Assembly: GCA_965224125.1 (NCBI GenBank)
Contig: OZ245038.1
Span: 2,180,374 to 2,244,373, forward strand
DNA from: Longimicrobiales bacterium
GTDB taxonomy: Bacteria; Gemmatimonadota; Gemmatimonadetes; Longimicrobiales; Gaopeijiaceae
DNA: 64,000 nucleotides
Direction of reading: 5' to 3'
In this document: in pieces, positions 37,683 to 47,201 of the stretch
Layout: every line of letters begins with the position of its first letter
Numbering within the stretch: the first letter of the stretch is position 1
Program-made: the position numbers and the translations under genes
The notes under the pieces: generated by a model
Database searches by the model: none
What the model was told of the DNA's origin: nothing
Seen by the model: only the letters and a program-made list of their open reading frames with translations

Positions 37683-38930
37683 TCACCGCACGTTCCATAG
37701 GCACGAGATGGGGACGGCGGCAAGCTGGTCCTCGAACGGTACGACCTCCGTGCCGTCATAGAGTACGATACCCTGGCGGAAAGGCTCACCGACCGCTTGT
37801 CGGAGTTTCTTGAGGCCCCTGAAGTGCTCAGATCGAACCGTGGCGGAGGCTTTCACCTCGAGCCCCACTACCAAACCCGCATCGGTCTCGACCACGACGT
37901 CAACCTCGTGCTGGTAGCGGTCGCGGAAGTGGAAGAGCTCGCTGCCAGCCGTAAGCCACGAGGCCTGACGCAGGATCTCGGCGAACACGTAGGTCTCCAA
38001 GAGCGCACCGAACGCGGATCGGTCCTCGGCCAGTCGCTCGGGTGTGGCACCAACCACACCAGCCATGAGACCGGAGTCCAGAAACATCAGCTTAGGCGTC
38101 TTGACGAGACGGTTTAGGCGGTTGCGAAACCACGGCTCCACACGGCGCACGACGAACAGCTGCTCGAGCACTGTCACGTAGCGACGAGCGGTCTTGTCAT
38201 CGATGCCCACCTGACCGGCCATCTTGGAGAAGTTGGCGAGCGCTGCGGAGTGGTGCGCTAGCACTCGAAACAAGCGTCGAAGGCCCCGCTGTCGCTCGAC
38301 GTCCGCCACGTCAATCACGTCTCGGCGCACGAGCGTGTTTGCGTACTCCCGCGCCCAGGCGGCGCGCCGCTCGGGATCGGTCCGTTTCAGCATCTCCGGA
38401 TACCCCCCTCCGAGCACCTGGTGGACCAGCGCTTCTCCGACGACCGCTTGGGATGGCGGAGCGACGGTCTTGCCTTCGAATGCGCGCTCTAGGAAGGACG
38501 GACGCTCGCCCAGAACCTCGGAGGGTGACAGGGTGAATAGGGGTATCTCCGCCATGCGGCCTGCAAGGCTCTCCGACAGATCGGGCATCGCCAAAACATT
38601 GGCCGAGCCTGTCAGGATGAAACGGCCTGGCCGCCGGTCCTCGTCGACGGATAGCTTAATGGCGCGGAGCAGTTCCGGAGCTCGTTGCACCTCGTCGATG
38701 ATGGCTCGGTCGAGTTCCCGCACGAACCCGATGGGATCTGCCTTGGCGCCCGCGAGCACTGTGTCATCGTCGAGCGTAAGGTAACGCCGCCGTTCATCCG
38801 CGGTCAGAAGCGAGCGGACCAAGGTCGTCTTCCCAGACTGCCTAGCACCGCTCAGCATCACGACCGGCGTGTCGGTCAGCGCGACCTGGATCAGATCGGC
38901 GCTGAAGCGTGGGTATAAGTCCTGAACCAT
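37683..38930 (-). CDS. AAA-family ATPase with DUF4143 C-terminal domain
   Basis: Walker A GARQSGKT, Walker B IIDEVQ. C-terminal DUF4143-like region. Confidence 0.75.
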   Translation of the reverse strand: MVQDLYPRFSADLIQVALTDTPVVMLSGARQSGKTTLVRSLLTADERRRYLTLDDDTVLAGAKADPIGFVRELDRAIIDEVQRAPELLRAIKLSVDEDRRPGRFILTGSANVLAMPDLSESLAGRMAEIPLFTLSPSEVLGERPSFLERAFEGKTVAPPSQAVVGEALVHQVLGGGYPEMLKRTDPERRAAWAREYANTLVRRDVIDVADVERQRGLRRLFRVLAHHSAALANFSKMAGQVGIDDKTARRYVTVLEQLFVVRRVEPWFRNRLNRLVKTPKLMFLDSGLMAGVVGATPERLAEDRSAFGALLETYVFAEILRQASWLTAGSELFHFRDRYQHEVDVVVETDAGLVVGLEVKASATVRSEHFRGLKKLRQAVGEPFRQGIVLYDGTEVVPFEDQLAAVPISCLWNVR

Positions 38931-38995
38931 GGTTCTTCTCTACAGAGATTAGGCCAGACGAAATCCGTGCCGTGGCGTGTGGCAGATTCGGAACG

Positions 38996-39082
38996 TTGTG
39001 CCGGCGATTTCGGAATGTCAAGCCGGCTAAGTCGGAATCTACATCCGGCTAATCCGGAACTGACATCCGGCTAATCCGGAGG
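38996..39082. promoter_or_regulatory. Four tandem ~21-22-bp degenerate repeats (consensus ...CATCCGGCTAATCCGGAA...) in the divergent promoter between the DUF4143 ATPase and the VOC dioxygenase
   Basis: Units TTGTGCCGGCGATTTCGGAATG, TCAAGCCGGCTAAGTCGGAATC, TACATCCGGCTAATCCGGAAC, TGACATCCGGCTAATCCGGAGG. Each is internally quasi-palindromic (TCCGG...CCGGA). Confidence 0.55.
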
Positions 39083-39164
39083 AACAGCATTGGTGGTCGG
39101 GGCGACGGTTGACAGAAACTCGAAGTTTGGAGCGAAAGAAGGTCAGATAGCCAGCCGACAACCC

Positions 39165-40235
39165 ATGCCTCCCCAAGTCACAGCCGGTTTCCACCACAGC
39201 ACCATGGTTTCGACGGACGCCGCTCGCACGTTGGCGTTCTACCGGGACCTCCTGGGCCTCAGGCTCGTCAAAAGGACCGTCAACTTCGACGACCCCGGTG
39301 CCTATCATCTCTACTTCGGAACCGGAACGGGGAGTCCCGGCACCATCCTCACCTTCTTCGAATGGCGGCACGCGCGAAGAGGTGGGTGGGGAGTGGGAGG
39401 GGTGCACCACCTGGCGTTGGGCGTCACGACGCCCACGGCGCAGCTCAAGTGGAAACGCCGCCTGACCGACGCCGGCGTGTCCGTGACCGGTCCCATCGAT
39501 CGCGGCTATTTCACCAGCCTGTACTTTGCCGACCCGGATGGCCAGATCCTGGAGATCGCGACGGCCGGTCCCGGCTACACCATCGACGAGCCGCCCGACG
39601 CGCTAGGTGAACGTCTGATCCACCCTCCTGCGGAGCGGCTCCGAGCCGGACGGAATGAACGAGAGATCGCCGAGCGCACGTTCCCCGAATCGGTTACGGA
39701 GATCACAGAGGACATGGCGTTGAGCGGCATCCACCACATCTCGGCCATCACGGACGACCTGCCCCGCGCGGGCGAGTTCTACGAGGCGGCGCTGGGACTG
39801 CGATTGGTGAAGCAGACGTTCAACCAGGACGACGGGAAGACGAAACACTACTTCTGGGCGCACTACGAGGACGGGGTCGTGGGGCCTCACTCGGCGCTCA
39901 CCCTCTTCGATTGGAGTGGCACCACCCACAGAGCGCGCCCAGGTGCGGGGCAGACCCATCACATCGCGTTCCGAGCGCGCAACGCCGAAGAACAACTCGA
40001 GTGGCGTGCGCGCCTGGTTGCGCTGGGGATCGATGTCAGCCCGGTGTTGGACCGCACCTACTTTCAGAGCATCTATTTTCACGCCCCCGACGGACTGTTG
40101 CTCGAGATCGCGACCGATGGTCCGGGGTTCAGGGTGGACGAGGCTGCTGGCGCTCTGGGGGAAGAGCTCCAGCTCCCTCGTTGGTTAGAGGCTGACAGGG
40201 CACGAATCGAGGGCGGTCTTTCCGTGCTCGGGTAG
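39165..40235 (+). CDS. Two-domain VOC-superfamily ring-cleaving dioxygenase / glyoxalase-like protein
   Basis: Two tandem VOC modules, each with HH...E metal-ligand pattern (GFHHSTMVS, GVHHLALGV, GIHHISAIT, THHIAFRA, LEIAT x2). Start at the internal ATG (MPPQV), preceded by AAGAAGG. Confidence 0.7.
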   Translation: MPPQVTAGFHHSTMVSTDAARTLAFYRDLLGLRLVKRTVNFDDPGAYHLYFGTGTGSPGTILTFFEWRHARRGGWGVGGVHHLALGVTTPTAQLKWKRRLTDAGVSVTGPIDRGYFTSLYFADPDGQILEIATAGPGYTIDEPPDALGERLIHPPAERLRAGRNEREIAERTFPESVTEITEDMALSGIHHISAITDDLPRAGEFYEAALGLRLVKQTFNQDDGKTKHYFWAHYEDGVVGPHSALTLFDWSGTTHRARPGAGQTHHIAFRARNAEEQLEWRARLVALGIDVSPVLDRTYFQSIYFHAPDGLLLEIATDGPGFRVDEAAGALGEELQLPRWLEADRARIEGGLSVLG

Positions 40236-40250
40236 GTTGACCCGAGTCCC

Positions 40251-40823
40251 CTACAGCGCCTCCAGCTCCTTCCGCGCCCGGTCCAGAATCTCGCGGATCT
40301 TATCCGTGCTTTCAGGACTCGCCGCTTTCGCGGCTTTGAACGCCGCTTTGGACAGTCGGCCCCACGAGCCCCAGATCTCGGCGGTCTCGGGTCCCATGTT
40401 GGCTCCCCAGTCTTTCCAGCCGGTGGCGCGTTGCCAAATCTTCTCGATGTGGTCCGCGTGGACGAGCAGCTCACCCCGGCCATCTTCGGTCAGGTGGTAG
40501 ACCTTCTTCCCGTCCTGCTCGTTGATCTTCACCAGGCCTTCGTCTTCCAACTGCTGCAGGACTGGATAGATGGTGCCGGCGCTGGCCTTGTACATTCCGC
40601 CCGATCGATCCTCGAGGGCCTTCATCAGGTGGTACCCGTGCGCAGGTTGGTCCTCCAGTAGGGAGAGAAGCGCCAGGCGCACCTCGCCCTGCCGGAAGAA
40701 CCGACGGCCAGGTCCGCGCCGATGGCGCCCTCGGCCTCCGCGCTTCGGGCCCATCCCGATGTCCCAGTCGAAAATCCAGTCGAAATCCATCCCACGTCTC
40801 CTGCGTCGCGAATAGCAACCCAT
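40251..40823 (-). CDS. PadR-family transcriptional regulator
   Basis: Winged-helix PadR signature LLSLLEDQPAHGYHLMKALEDRSGGMYKASAGTIYPVLQQLEDEGLV. Arg/Gly-rich N-terminal leader makes the true start uncertain. Confidence 0.7.
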   Translation of the reverse strand: MGCYSRRRRRGMDFDWIFDWDIGMGPKRGGRGRHRRGPGRRFFRQGEVRLALLSLLEDQPAHGYHLMKALEDRSGGMYKASAGTIYPVLQQLEDEGLVKINEQDGKKVYHLTEDGRGELLVHADHIEKIWQRATGWKDWGANMGPETAEIWGSWGRLSKAAFKAAKAASPESTDKIREILDRARKELEAL

Positions 40824-40984
40824 GCTCGGCGTCTCCTGGCGGCCCTCCGGGAAACCCCTCCCGAAAGGTAGCGGTCCTTACGTTCGATCGTATGTACTTT
40901 AGATCGAACAACGTATCGTACGATATACTTCCGATATAGGAAGGTCAAGGGGGGGAGGGTCGGGGCTTCCGAAGGCTAGTGGGA

Positions 40985-41394
40985 CTACTCGCAGATCCGC
41001 TCTATCAGCGGGAATGCGTCGAATCCCCGGTCGAAGGAGATGATGCGGCGCACCCCGTAGCGCTCCATCACGGCCAGGTGAAGTGCATCGCGGGACGACA
41101 CCTGCGGCTCTGCCAAGACGAGTTCGCGAGCGCGCAGCACGTCATCGAGACCGATGGGGAACACCTCATCGGCTAGCTGCAGGAGCGTATCGGTACAGGG
41201 CCCGATGGCGTCGCGTCGACGGATGGCGGAGTACCGGTGGAGGATCTCCTGAACCACTTCGACGTCGGTCACCAGGCGCTCTGAGGCCGCGATAGAGCGC
41301 TCGAGGATACGCCGCGTCGCGTGCTTGTGGGGGTGCTCCGCCCCCACAAGGTACATGGGCACGTTGGAGTCGATGAAGATCAGCTCGTCTCTCT
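40985..41394 (-). CDS. Type II toxin VapC (PIN-domain ribonuclease)
   Basis: PIN motifs: the conserved Asp lies in LIFIDSNVPMYLVGA, upstream of the first ATG at 41362, so the true start must be non-canonical or the gene is N-truncated. Later acidic residues also present. 5' end approximate. Confidence 0.6.
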
Positions 41395-41634
41395 CCCGTA
41401 ACCCGCCGCGATCTCCGCGTTGATCTGCTCGGGGTCGGCCACTGGGTAGCCGTAACGGGCGCCTTCTCGGACGACGAGAAGCTTGGCGTCTGCATCCCCA
41501 CCGGACTCATTCCGACGAGCTTCTCGGAGGGCCTCCCGAACATACTCGGAGACCGACTGTCGGCGGCGTCGTGCCGAGGCGCGGATTTCCTCCATCTCAG
41601 CCTCGTCGAACAGGACTTGAAGGCGATGACTCAT
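41380..41634 (-). CDS. Type II antitoxin (ribbon-helix-helix/CopG-like, VapB-type)
   Basis: RHH-like segment RRRRQSVSEYVREALREARR. Stop TGA overlaps the start of the PIN-domain reading frame. Confidence 0.5.
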   Translation of the reverse strand: MSHRLQVLFDEAEMEEIRASARRRRQSVSEYVREALREARRNESGGDADAKLLVVREGARYGYPVADPEQINAEIAAGYGRETS

Positions 41635-41720
41635 GCATGAGTATGATATGAGTATCGTCATGAGTCAAGGGGCGGAAACCGGCGCACTCTGAATGCCCCT
41701 AGCAGACGCTCGCCGCCACC

Positions 41721-42575
41721 CTACCGCCCCGCCAATCCCAGCTCGGCCAGTCCACCTAGCGCCTTCCAGGCGTCGTAGCGCATGCGCAGCGTCGCGACTG
41801 GGCTGGGGTCTTCGCCGGCGCCCGTGTTCTCGTCGTCCACGTCGATGAACAGCGAGTAGTCCCCATCCGAGTGGCCTTCACCTGTGGGGTCTTCCGGCTT
41901 GGCTGCTGCGACATAGGCCACATGCGCGGTGCGGTGACGGCAGTCGACGCCGGTGTCGGGAACCGGGTCGGTCCTGCAGGAGCAGCGGGCATCCCCACCG
42001 GCTCGATCGGCGGCTTCCATCCCTGCCATGACACGGTCCACGACCGTGCCCTCTTCGGCCATGAACGCGGCCACCGCGTCAAGCACCACATCGTCCGACT
42101 CGAGGATGTTGCCCTGTACGGAGAAGTAGATCCCCTCATCTCGGATGTTGCTCTGAACGTCGAGTGATGCGAAGCCGTTGCCCGTGCCCGAGAATCCGGC
42201 CATCCGACCCTGCAGGTCGACGATGCCGAACTGGCGGCGCTGGAAGTTCTCGTCTTCGGATAGCATGCGAAGGATGTCGTCCGGGTCCGTTCCCACCCGC
42301 AACTGTTCGAAGATCAGCGTCTGATTGGCCCTGGTGCCATCGACGCCAGCCTGAGCTGCAGCCACACCGATGCCCGGCACCACGATGGCTTGTATGCTCA
42401 TCAGGCCTCCACGGGTCCGGAGCCCTGCAGCCGACACGCAGGTGGCCGAGGCAATCACCACCACACCCGTGCGGGTATCCACTGCGATGATCGACCATGT
42501 CCCCTCGGCCGGGCTCGGCACCAGGAGCAGCAGCGTTGCGACCAGGAGGGCAGGGGACCGAAAAAGACGACGCAT
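41721..42575 (-). CDS. DUF1028-family protein (Ntn-hydrolase-like)
   Basis: Signal peptide followed by TWSIIAVD, the DUF1028 N-terminal nucleophile signature (Thr after cleavage). Confidence 0.6.
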   Translation of the reverse strand: MRRLFRSPALLVATLLLLVPSPAEGTWSIIAVDTRTGVVVIASATCVSAAGLRTRGGLMSIQAIVVPGIGVAAAQAGVDGTRANQTLIFEQLRVGTDPDDILRMLSEDENFQRRQFGIVDLQGRMAGFSGTGNGFASLDVQSNIRDEGIYFSVQGNILESDDVVLDAVAAFMAEEGTVVDRVMAGMEAADRAGGDARCSCRTDPVPDTGVDCRHRTAHVAYVAAAKPEDPTGEGHSDGDYSLFIDVDDENTGAGEDPSPVATLRMRYDAWKALGGLAELGLAGR

Positions 42576-42611
42576 GGTTGACTCCTGAAGTGCGAGAGGT
42601 GTGACCGGGGA

Positions 42612-44924
42612 CTAGAAGCGGTACGTGTAGGCCGCCTTGATGGACGCCCCGCGGGAGATGGTCACCAGGTCCTTACGCTGACGATCGAGAGGGTCGATGG
42701 GATCGAGCGGGTCTACCAACTGGGATTGCCAGTTGTGCGTGTAGACGAGGTACACGTCGTTCCCTGGTCTCACGATCCAGCGTAGCCGTGCAAACAGACC
42801 CACGATCTCGCTGACATCGTCGTACTGGACCTGGTTCGTGTAGCTTACCCAAGGGCTGGGGTTCCACTGGCCCGACAGCTCGTACACGCTGGCCGTGAAA
42901 GCGCCCTGCGGGAGCTTGACGTCGTTGTACTGGAAGTTCGTCGAAAACGAGATGCCTGGGTTCGGGCGGAAGGACGCGCGGATGTTGTAGTTGGTCCGGT
43001 CGCCGTTCCAGAACTGACTCTTGGTGATCCCGCCGCCAGCCGAGATGGGCCGTCGCTGGCTGGCCCGTCCGCGGATGGAGTACTCCCAGGTAGTGTACTC
43101 CCCGGGCTCAATATCTACGCCGTCCCTGATTTCGAATCCGTTGTCCAGGAACTCGTAGGTCCGTTTGGCGCTGAAACTGATGTTGTCGCCGCTCTCGAAG
43201 TCGACCGAGAAGACGTTGAAGTCCCACTCCCGCTCCTCGAGAACTCCGGTGCCGAGCTCGGTCAGGTTGCGGAACTGAACCGAAAAGTTGAAGCGCCGAA
43301 TCCAATCGATGCTCTCCGGCCGCGGCGAAAACCCGATGCGAGGCTCCACGCGGCGAAAGTCGTTCCGCGTGACGAAGCCGACGGCTGGCCGGTAGTCGTC
43401 TCCGAACTGACGGTAGGAGATGTGTCCCGACCAGAGGTCGTTGGGAAAGTTGAACCGAAAGCCGTGAGCGGAGAGGTCCCCGAAGCCCAGGTCCTCTGTG
43501 GGGTCCGGGTTGGAATTCCACACCAAGAACGCCTCGAACTCCGCATTGTTGTCGCCTAGAAAGCTCCTAGAGTTGAGCGCGAGGTCGACCCCAGCCGTGT
43601 GCCGGTTGTCGGGTGCGAACCCGCTCGGATCCGCGGCCGTGGATCGCCGCGTGTAGATAGCGCCGATCGCCGACTGCTCGAAGATCCGCCGCTTGGCCCG
43701 CGCCACGGTGAAGTCTTCGCTCTGGATGGCGGTGGGTAAGCCATCGTCGAGGTACGAGTGCGATCCGGTGCCAATCTGATAGAAGCCCACCTCGAACCGA
43801 CCCACCTGGCCAGTGACACGGGTTCCGTAGTCGATGGGCACCTGCTGACCGGAGCTGATCCCGATGTTGCGCGAGAAGAACGGAGAAGGACCGCTCCGGG
43901 GCGCGAACGAGAACACCCCCGATCCCTCGAGAAAGAAGTCGCGGCGTTCCGGAAACCTGAGCGGAAACCGAGTCAAGTTGACCCGGCGATCGTCGCTCTC
44001 GACTTCGGCAAAGTCGGTATTGAGCGAGAACGATGCGCGTAGGCTGGACGTCACGCTGTAGTTGATGTCCAAACTGATGTCGCGAGGATAGGTGGTCTCC
44101 TCGCTCGCGCCCGGGATGTTCTTCCAGCTCGCCACTGTGGAGGGACGAGCTTCCAGTCCGATCCCCTGTGACATGCCATTCAGTCCAGTCACCCGCCCCG
44201 CGTAGACCGGACGGAACAGGCCCTGGTTCCTCAGCCATCCTCGCCAGAGGATCTCCTCATTCCGACGCCGAATGGTGCGCTGGAAGTTGATGCCCCACGT
44301 GTCGAGCTCGGGGTTGAAGTTGAGCGTGCGGAACGGGATCCGGATCTCGGCCGACCAGCCGTCGGGACGCTGGGCGGTACGCGCTTCCCAGATGCCGTCC
44401 CACGACTTGTTGATCCCCCCGAAGCGGCCGCCGCCACCGGTCATGATGCCGTCGCCCATGAGCCCGGCCGCGTTGATCTCGAAGAAGTACCCGGTGCGAC
44501 CGTCCAAGAACGTGTCCAGGATCCACATGAACCGATCGTCCGTTCCGAGCCCGGCGTCGCGCTGCCGCTGGTAGGCCATGATCCCTTCGGGATCGTCGTA
44601 GACGATAGCTCCGATGTAGAGATTGTCCTCGTCGAACACGATGCGGACTTCCGTCCGCTCGGACGGAGTTCCACCCTCCACCGGCTCTTGCTGCGTGAAG
44701 TCGGTGATGGGGACTGCCGTGGACCATACCTCCTCGTTGACGCTTCCGTCGAGATCGATCCGCGCCTGGCCGGTCAGCGGAAGGGCGATGAGGTCAGCCG
44801 GGGCACCGGTTCCCGACGCCTCTGAGGCGTCGGTCAGGTCCTGTGCGGCGCCGGGACTGGCTGGGACGGCCGCGAGTAGGGACGCAACGGTGCCCAGCGT
44901 GATGCGAAACACTGCGGGCTTCAT
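42612..44924 (-). CDS. DUF5916-family protein (CBM9-like + barrel-like region). Paralog of 18627..20897
   Basis: Same motif set as the first copy (DGSVNEEVW, FTQQEP, RTEVRI, NLTRFPLRFPE). Signal peptide. Confidence 0.6.
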   Translation of the reverse strand: MKPAVFRITLGTVASLLAAVPASPGAAQDLTDASEASGTGAPADLIALPLTGQARIDLDGSVNEEVWSTAVPITDFTQQEPVEGGTPSERTEVRIVFDEDNLYIGAIVYDDPEGIMAYQRQRDAGLGTDDRFMWILDTFLDGRTGYFFEINAAGLMGDGIMTGGGGRFGGINKSWDGIWEARTAQRPDGWSAEIRIPFRTLNFNPELDTWGINFQRTIRRRNEEILWRGWLRNQGLFRPVYAGRVTGLNGMSQGIGLEARPSTVASWKNIPGASEETTYPRDISLDINYSVTSSLRASFSLNTDFAEVESDDRRVNLTRFPLRFPERRDFFLEGSGVFSFAPRSGPSPFFSRNIGISSGQQVPIDYGTRVTGQVGRFEVGFYQIGTGSHSYLDDGLPTAIQSEDFTVARAKRRIFEQSAIGAIYTRRSTAADPSGFAPDNRHTAGVDLALNSRSFLGDNNAEFEAFLVWNSNPDPTEDLGFGDLSAHGFRFNFPNDLWSGHISYRQFGDDYRPAVGFVTRNDFRRVEPRIGFSPRPESIDWIRRFNFSVQFRNLTELGTGVLEEREWDFNVFSVDFESGDNISFSAKRTYEFLDNGFEIRDGVDIEPGEYTTWEYSIRGRASQRRPISAGGGITKSQFWNGDRTNYNIRASFRPNPGISFSTNFQYNDVKLPQGAFTASVYELSGQWNPSPWVSYTNQVQYDDVSEIVGLFARLRWIVRPGNDVYLVYTHNWQSQLVDPLDPIDPLDRQRKDLVTISRGASIKAAYTYRF

Positions 44925-45109
44925 GAAGTGGTTCTAATCCTCGAGGAGCGCGACCGTGGGACCAAACGGGCCGAGTCAGCCGACAAAAGTGGGGGGGCGT
45001 GGCTGTGCGGGCCAGGGCTGACAGCGCAGGTCCCAACACGGAGTTGGGCATGTCGTCCCCTGACCGCACGGCGTATCATTCCGCATCCGGCCCGCTCAAG
45101 GAGTGTCCG

Positions 45110-47173
45110 ATGTGCCGTCCCGTCGCGTCGATTGCGCTGTTGTCCGCCCTGCTCGTGGCTCCCACGCCGACTGCGCTCGAGGCGCAGGACGGCCCCCGCC
45201 CGCTTCGCCTCGAGGACCACTATCGACTCCTCAGCGTGGGTGCTCCCCGCATCTCGGCTGATGGCCAGTGGGTGGCATACACGGTCTCGACGCCGGTCGA
45301 GGAAACCAACAGCAATGAAGTGACGACCTGGTTGGTGCCCTCCGACGGGTCGGCCCAACCCGAGCGCGTGACGCACGCCGGGAGTGATGTGAGCAACCCG
45401 TCCTGGGCCCCCAACGGTCGATTGCGGGTTAGGGCCGGGGACGACACGCAGTGGAGTGTCGATCCTGAGCGTTTGGATGGTCCCACCACCCCCTACACCC
45501 CTCCACCCGCAGGAACCGTCAGTCCCGACGGGCGTTGGCGGGCCGTGGTGCGTGAGCTTTCTGTCGAACGAGCGGCCGAGCCTCCACGCTCCGACTTCGA
45601 GCGACGGCACGAGGAGCGCTTTCGCGGCGCTCAGGTCGACTGGTATCCGTTCGTGCGCGACGGGCGAGAGTTCCCGCTTCCCGACCGGAGGGACGATGCG
45701 CCGAGAGAGATCTACCTCGAGCCCCTGAGCGGGGGGATGCCCGTGCAGATCACGGACCTGGGTCTGCAACCACAGCAGGTCGCGTGGCGCGCGGACGGAC
45801 AGGAGCTCGTGTTCACGGCGGACGAAGCGGTGTTGGACGAACTGGCCTACGGGCGCTCGGACCTCTTCACGGTCACAACGGCGGGGGCCGTTACCCGCCT
45901 CACGGACGACGGCTACACCTACTCCAGTGTGGGCTACTCACCCGACGGTCGGTGGATCAGCTACGTGCGCCGCTTCGGCACGGACTTCATCATCGATCGG
46001 AAGCTCGACCACGGTGGTCCGACCGACCTGTACGTGCGCCCAGCGGCTGGGGGCGAACCGGTCAACCTCACCGCCAACTGGGATTTGGATGCAGGCCGGC
46101 CCCAGTGGTCACCCGACAGCCGTTACCTCTATTTCACGACTGGTGTCGGCGGACAGACCCACCTGTTTCGGGTGGGTGCGAATGGCGGGTCCGAGGAACA
46201 GGTCACCACGGGCGATCGGCGTATTCGTGGGCTCGACATCGATGCGTCGTTCGAGAAGATGACCTACACGGTCGGTACCTTCGATCGTCCCGCCGAGGTG
46301 TGGAGCGCTGACATCGATGGAGGCAACGAGCGCCGCCTGACCCACGTGCACGACGACTTCCTGATGGGAGTGGCCACCTCCAAGGGGGAATTGGTCGCCT
46401 GGGAGAGCTATGACGGCACCCGCGTTGAGGGTTACCTGCTGCCGCCCTACGGCTACGATCCTTCAGGCGGCCCTTACCCGCTGATCGTGGTGAACCACGG
46501 AGGTCCGCACTCGGCCTCCGGGCCGGGGTTCAACCTGAAGAACCAGTTGTTCGCTGCCCACGGGTACTTCGTCTTCCTTCCGAACTTCCGGAGTTCAACC
46601 GGCTACGGCGACGCATTCAAATGGGCCACCTGGGGCGGATGGGGTACACTGGACGGCGAGGACGTACTCTCCGGCGTCGATCACCTGATCGAGCGCTTTC
46701 CGATCGACGCAGAGCGCGTCGGTACCACGGGCCATTCTTACGGCGGCATCCTCACCAACTGGCTCATCACGCGCTACCCGGACCGCTTCCAAGCAGCGGT
46801 CAGCGGCGCGGGGGCTTCGAACTGGACGAGCAATTACGCGCATTCCGATGTCGCCCGTACCAAGGAGACGGAGTTCTTCGGGCGGCCTTGGGAACCGCGG
46901 GCTCGCGAGATCATGATCCGGCAATCGGCTTACCTGAACTCGGGCGGCGTACAGACCCCGACGCTATTCGTGCACGGGGAGGTGGACTACCGCGTTCCGC
47001 TGGAGGGTGCCATCCAGCTCTACACCTCGCTCAAGAAGCAGCGGGTGCCCACCAAGCTCATCGTGTACGAGGGCATGGCGCACGGGATCCGAGGACACTG
47101 GAACGTGGTGCATCGAGCCATGAACGAGCTGGAGTGGTGGGAGACGTATCTGAAAGCGCGGCCCAAAACGTAG
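45110..47173 (+). CDS. S9-family serine peptidase (prolyl oligopeptidase / acylaminoacyl-peptidase type) with N-terminal beta-propeller
   Basis: Catalytic-Ser motif GHSYGG, plus Asp/His regions (GEVDYRVP, GMAHGI). Propeller repeats with SPDGR motifs. Start at the internal ATG MCRPVAS (signal peptide). Confidence 0.85.
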   Translation: MCRPVASIALLSALLVAPTPTALEAQDGPRPLRLEDHYRLLSVGAPRISADGQWVAYTVSTPVEETNSNEVTTWLVPSDGSAQPERVTHAGSDVSNPSWAPNGRLRVRAGDDTQWSVDPERLDGPTTPYTPPPAGTVSPDGRWRAVVRELSVERAAEPPRSDFERRHEERFRGAQVDWYPFVRDGREFPLPDRRDDAPREIYLEPLSGGMPVQITDLGLQPQQVAWRADGQELVFTADEAVLDELAYGRSDLFTVTTAGAVTRLTDDGYTYSSVGYSPDGRWISYVRRFGTDFIIDRKLDHGGPTDLYVRPAAGGEPVNLTANWDLDAGRPQWSPDSRYLYFTTGVGGQTHLFRVGANGGSEEQVTTGDRRIRGLDIDASFEKMTYTVGTFDRPAEVWSADIDGGNERRLTHVHDDFLMGVATSKGELVAWESYDGTRVEGYLLPPYGYDPSGGPYPLIVVNHGGPHSASGPGFNLKNQLFAAHGYFVFLPNFRSSTGYGDAFKWATWGGWGTLDGEDVLSGVDHLIERFPIDAERVGTTGHSYGGILTNWLITRYPDRFQAAVSGAGASNWTSNYAHSDVARTKETEFFGRPWEPRAREIMIRQSAYLNSGGVQTPTLFVHGEVDYRVPLEGAIQLYTSLKKQRVPTKLIVYEGMAHGIRGHWNVVHRAMNELEWWETYLKARPKT

Positions 47174-47201
47174 GGCGCTGTGCCATGCTCGGGGGGTAGA
47201 G

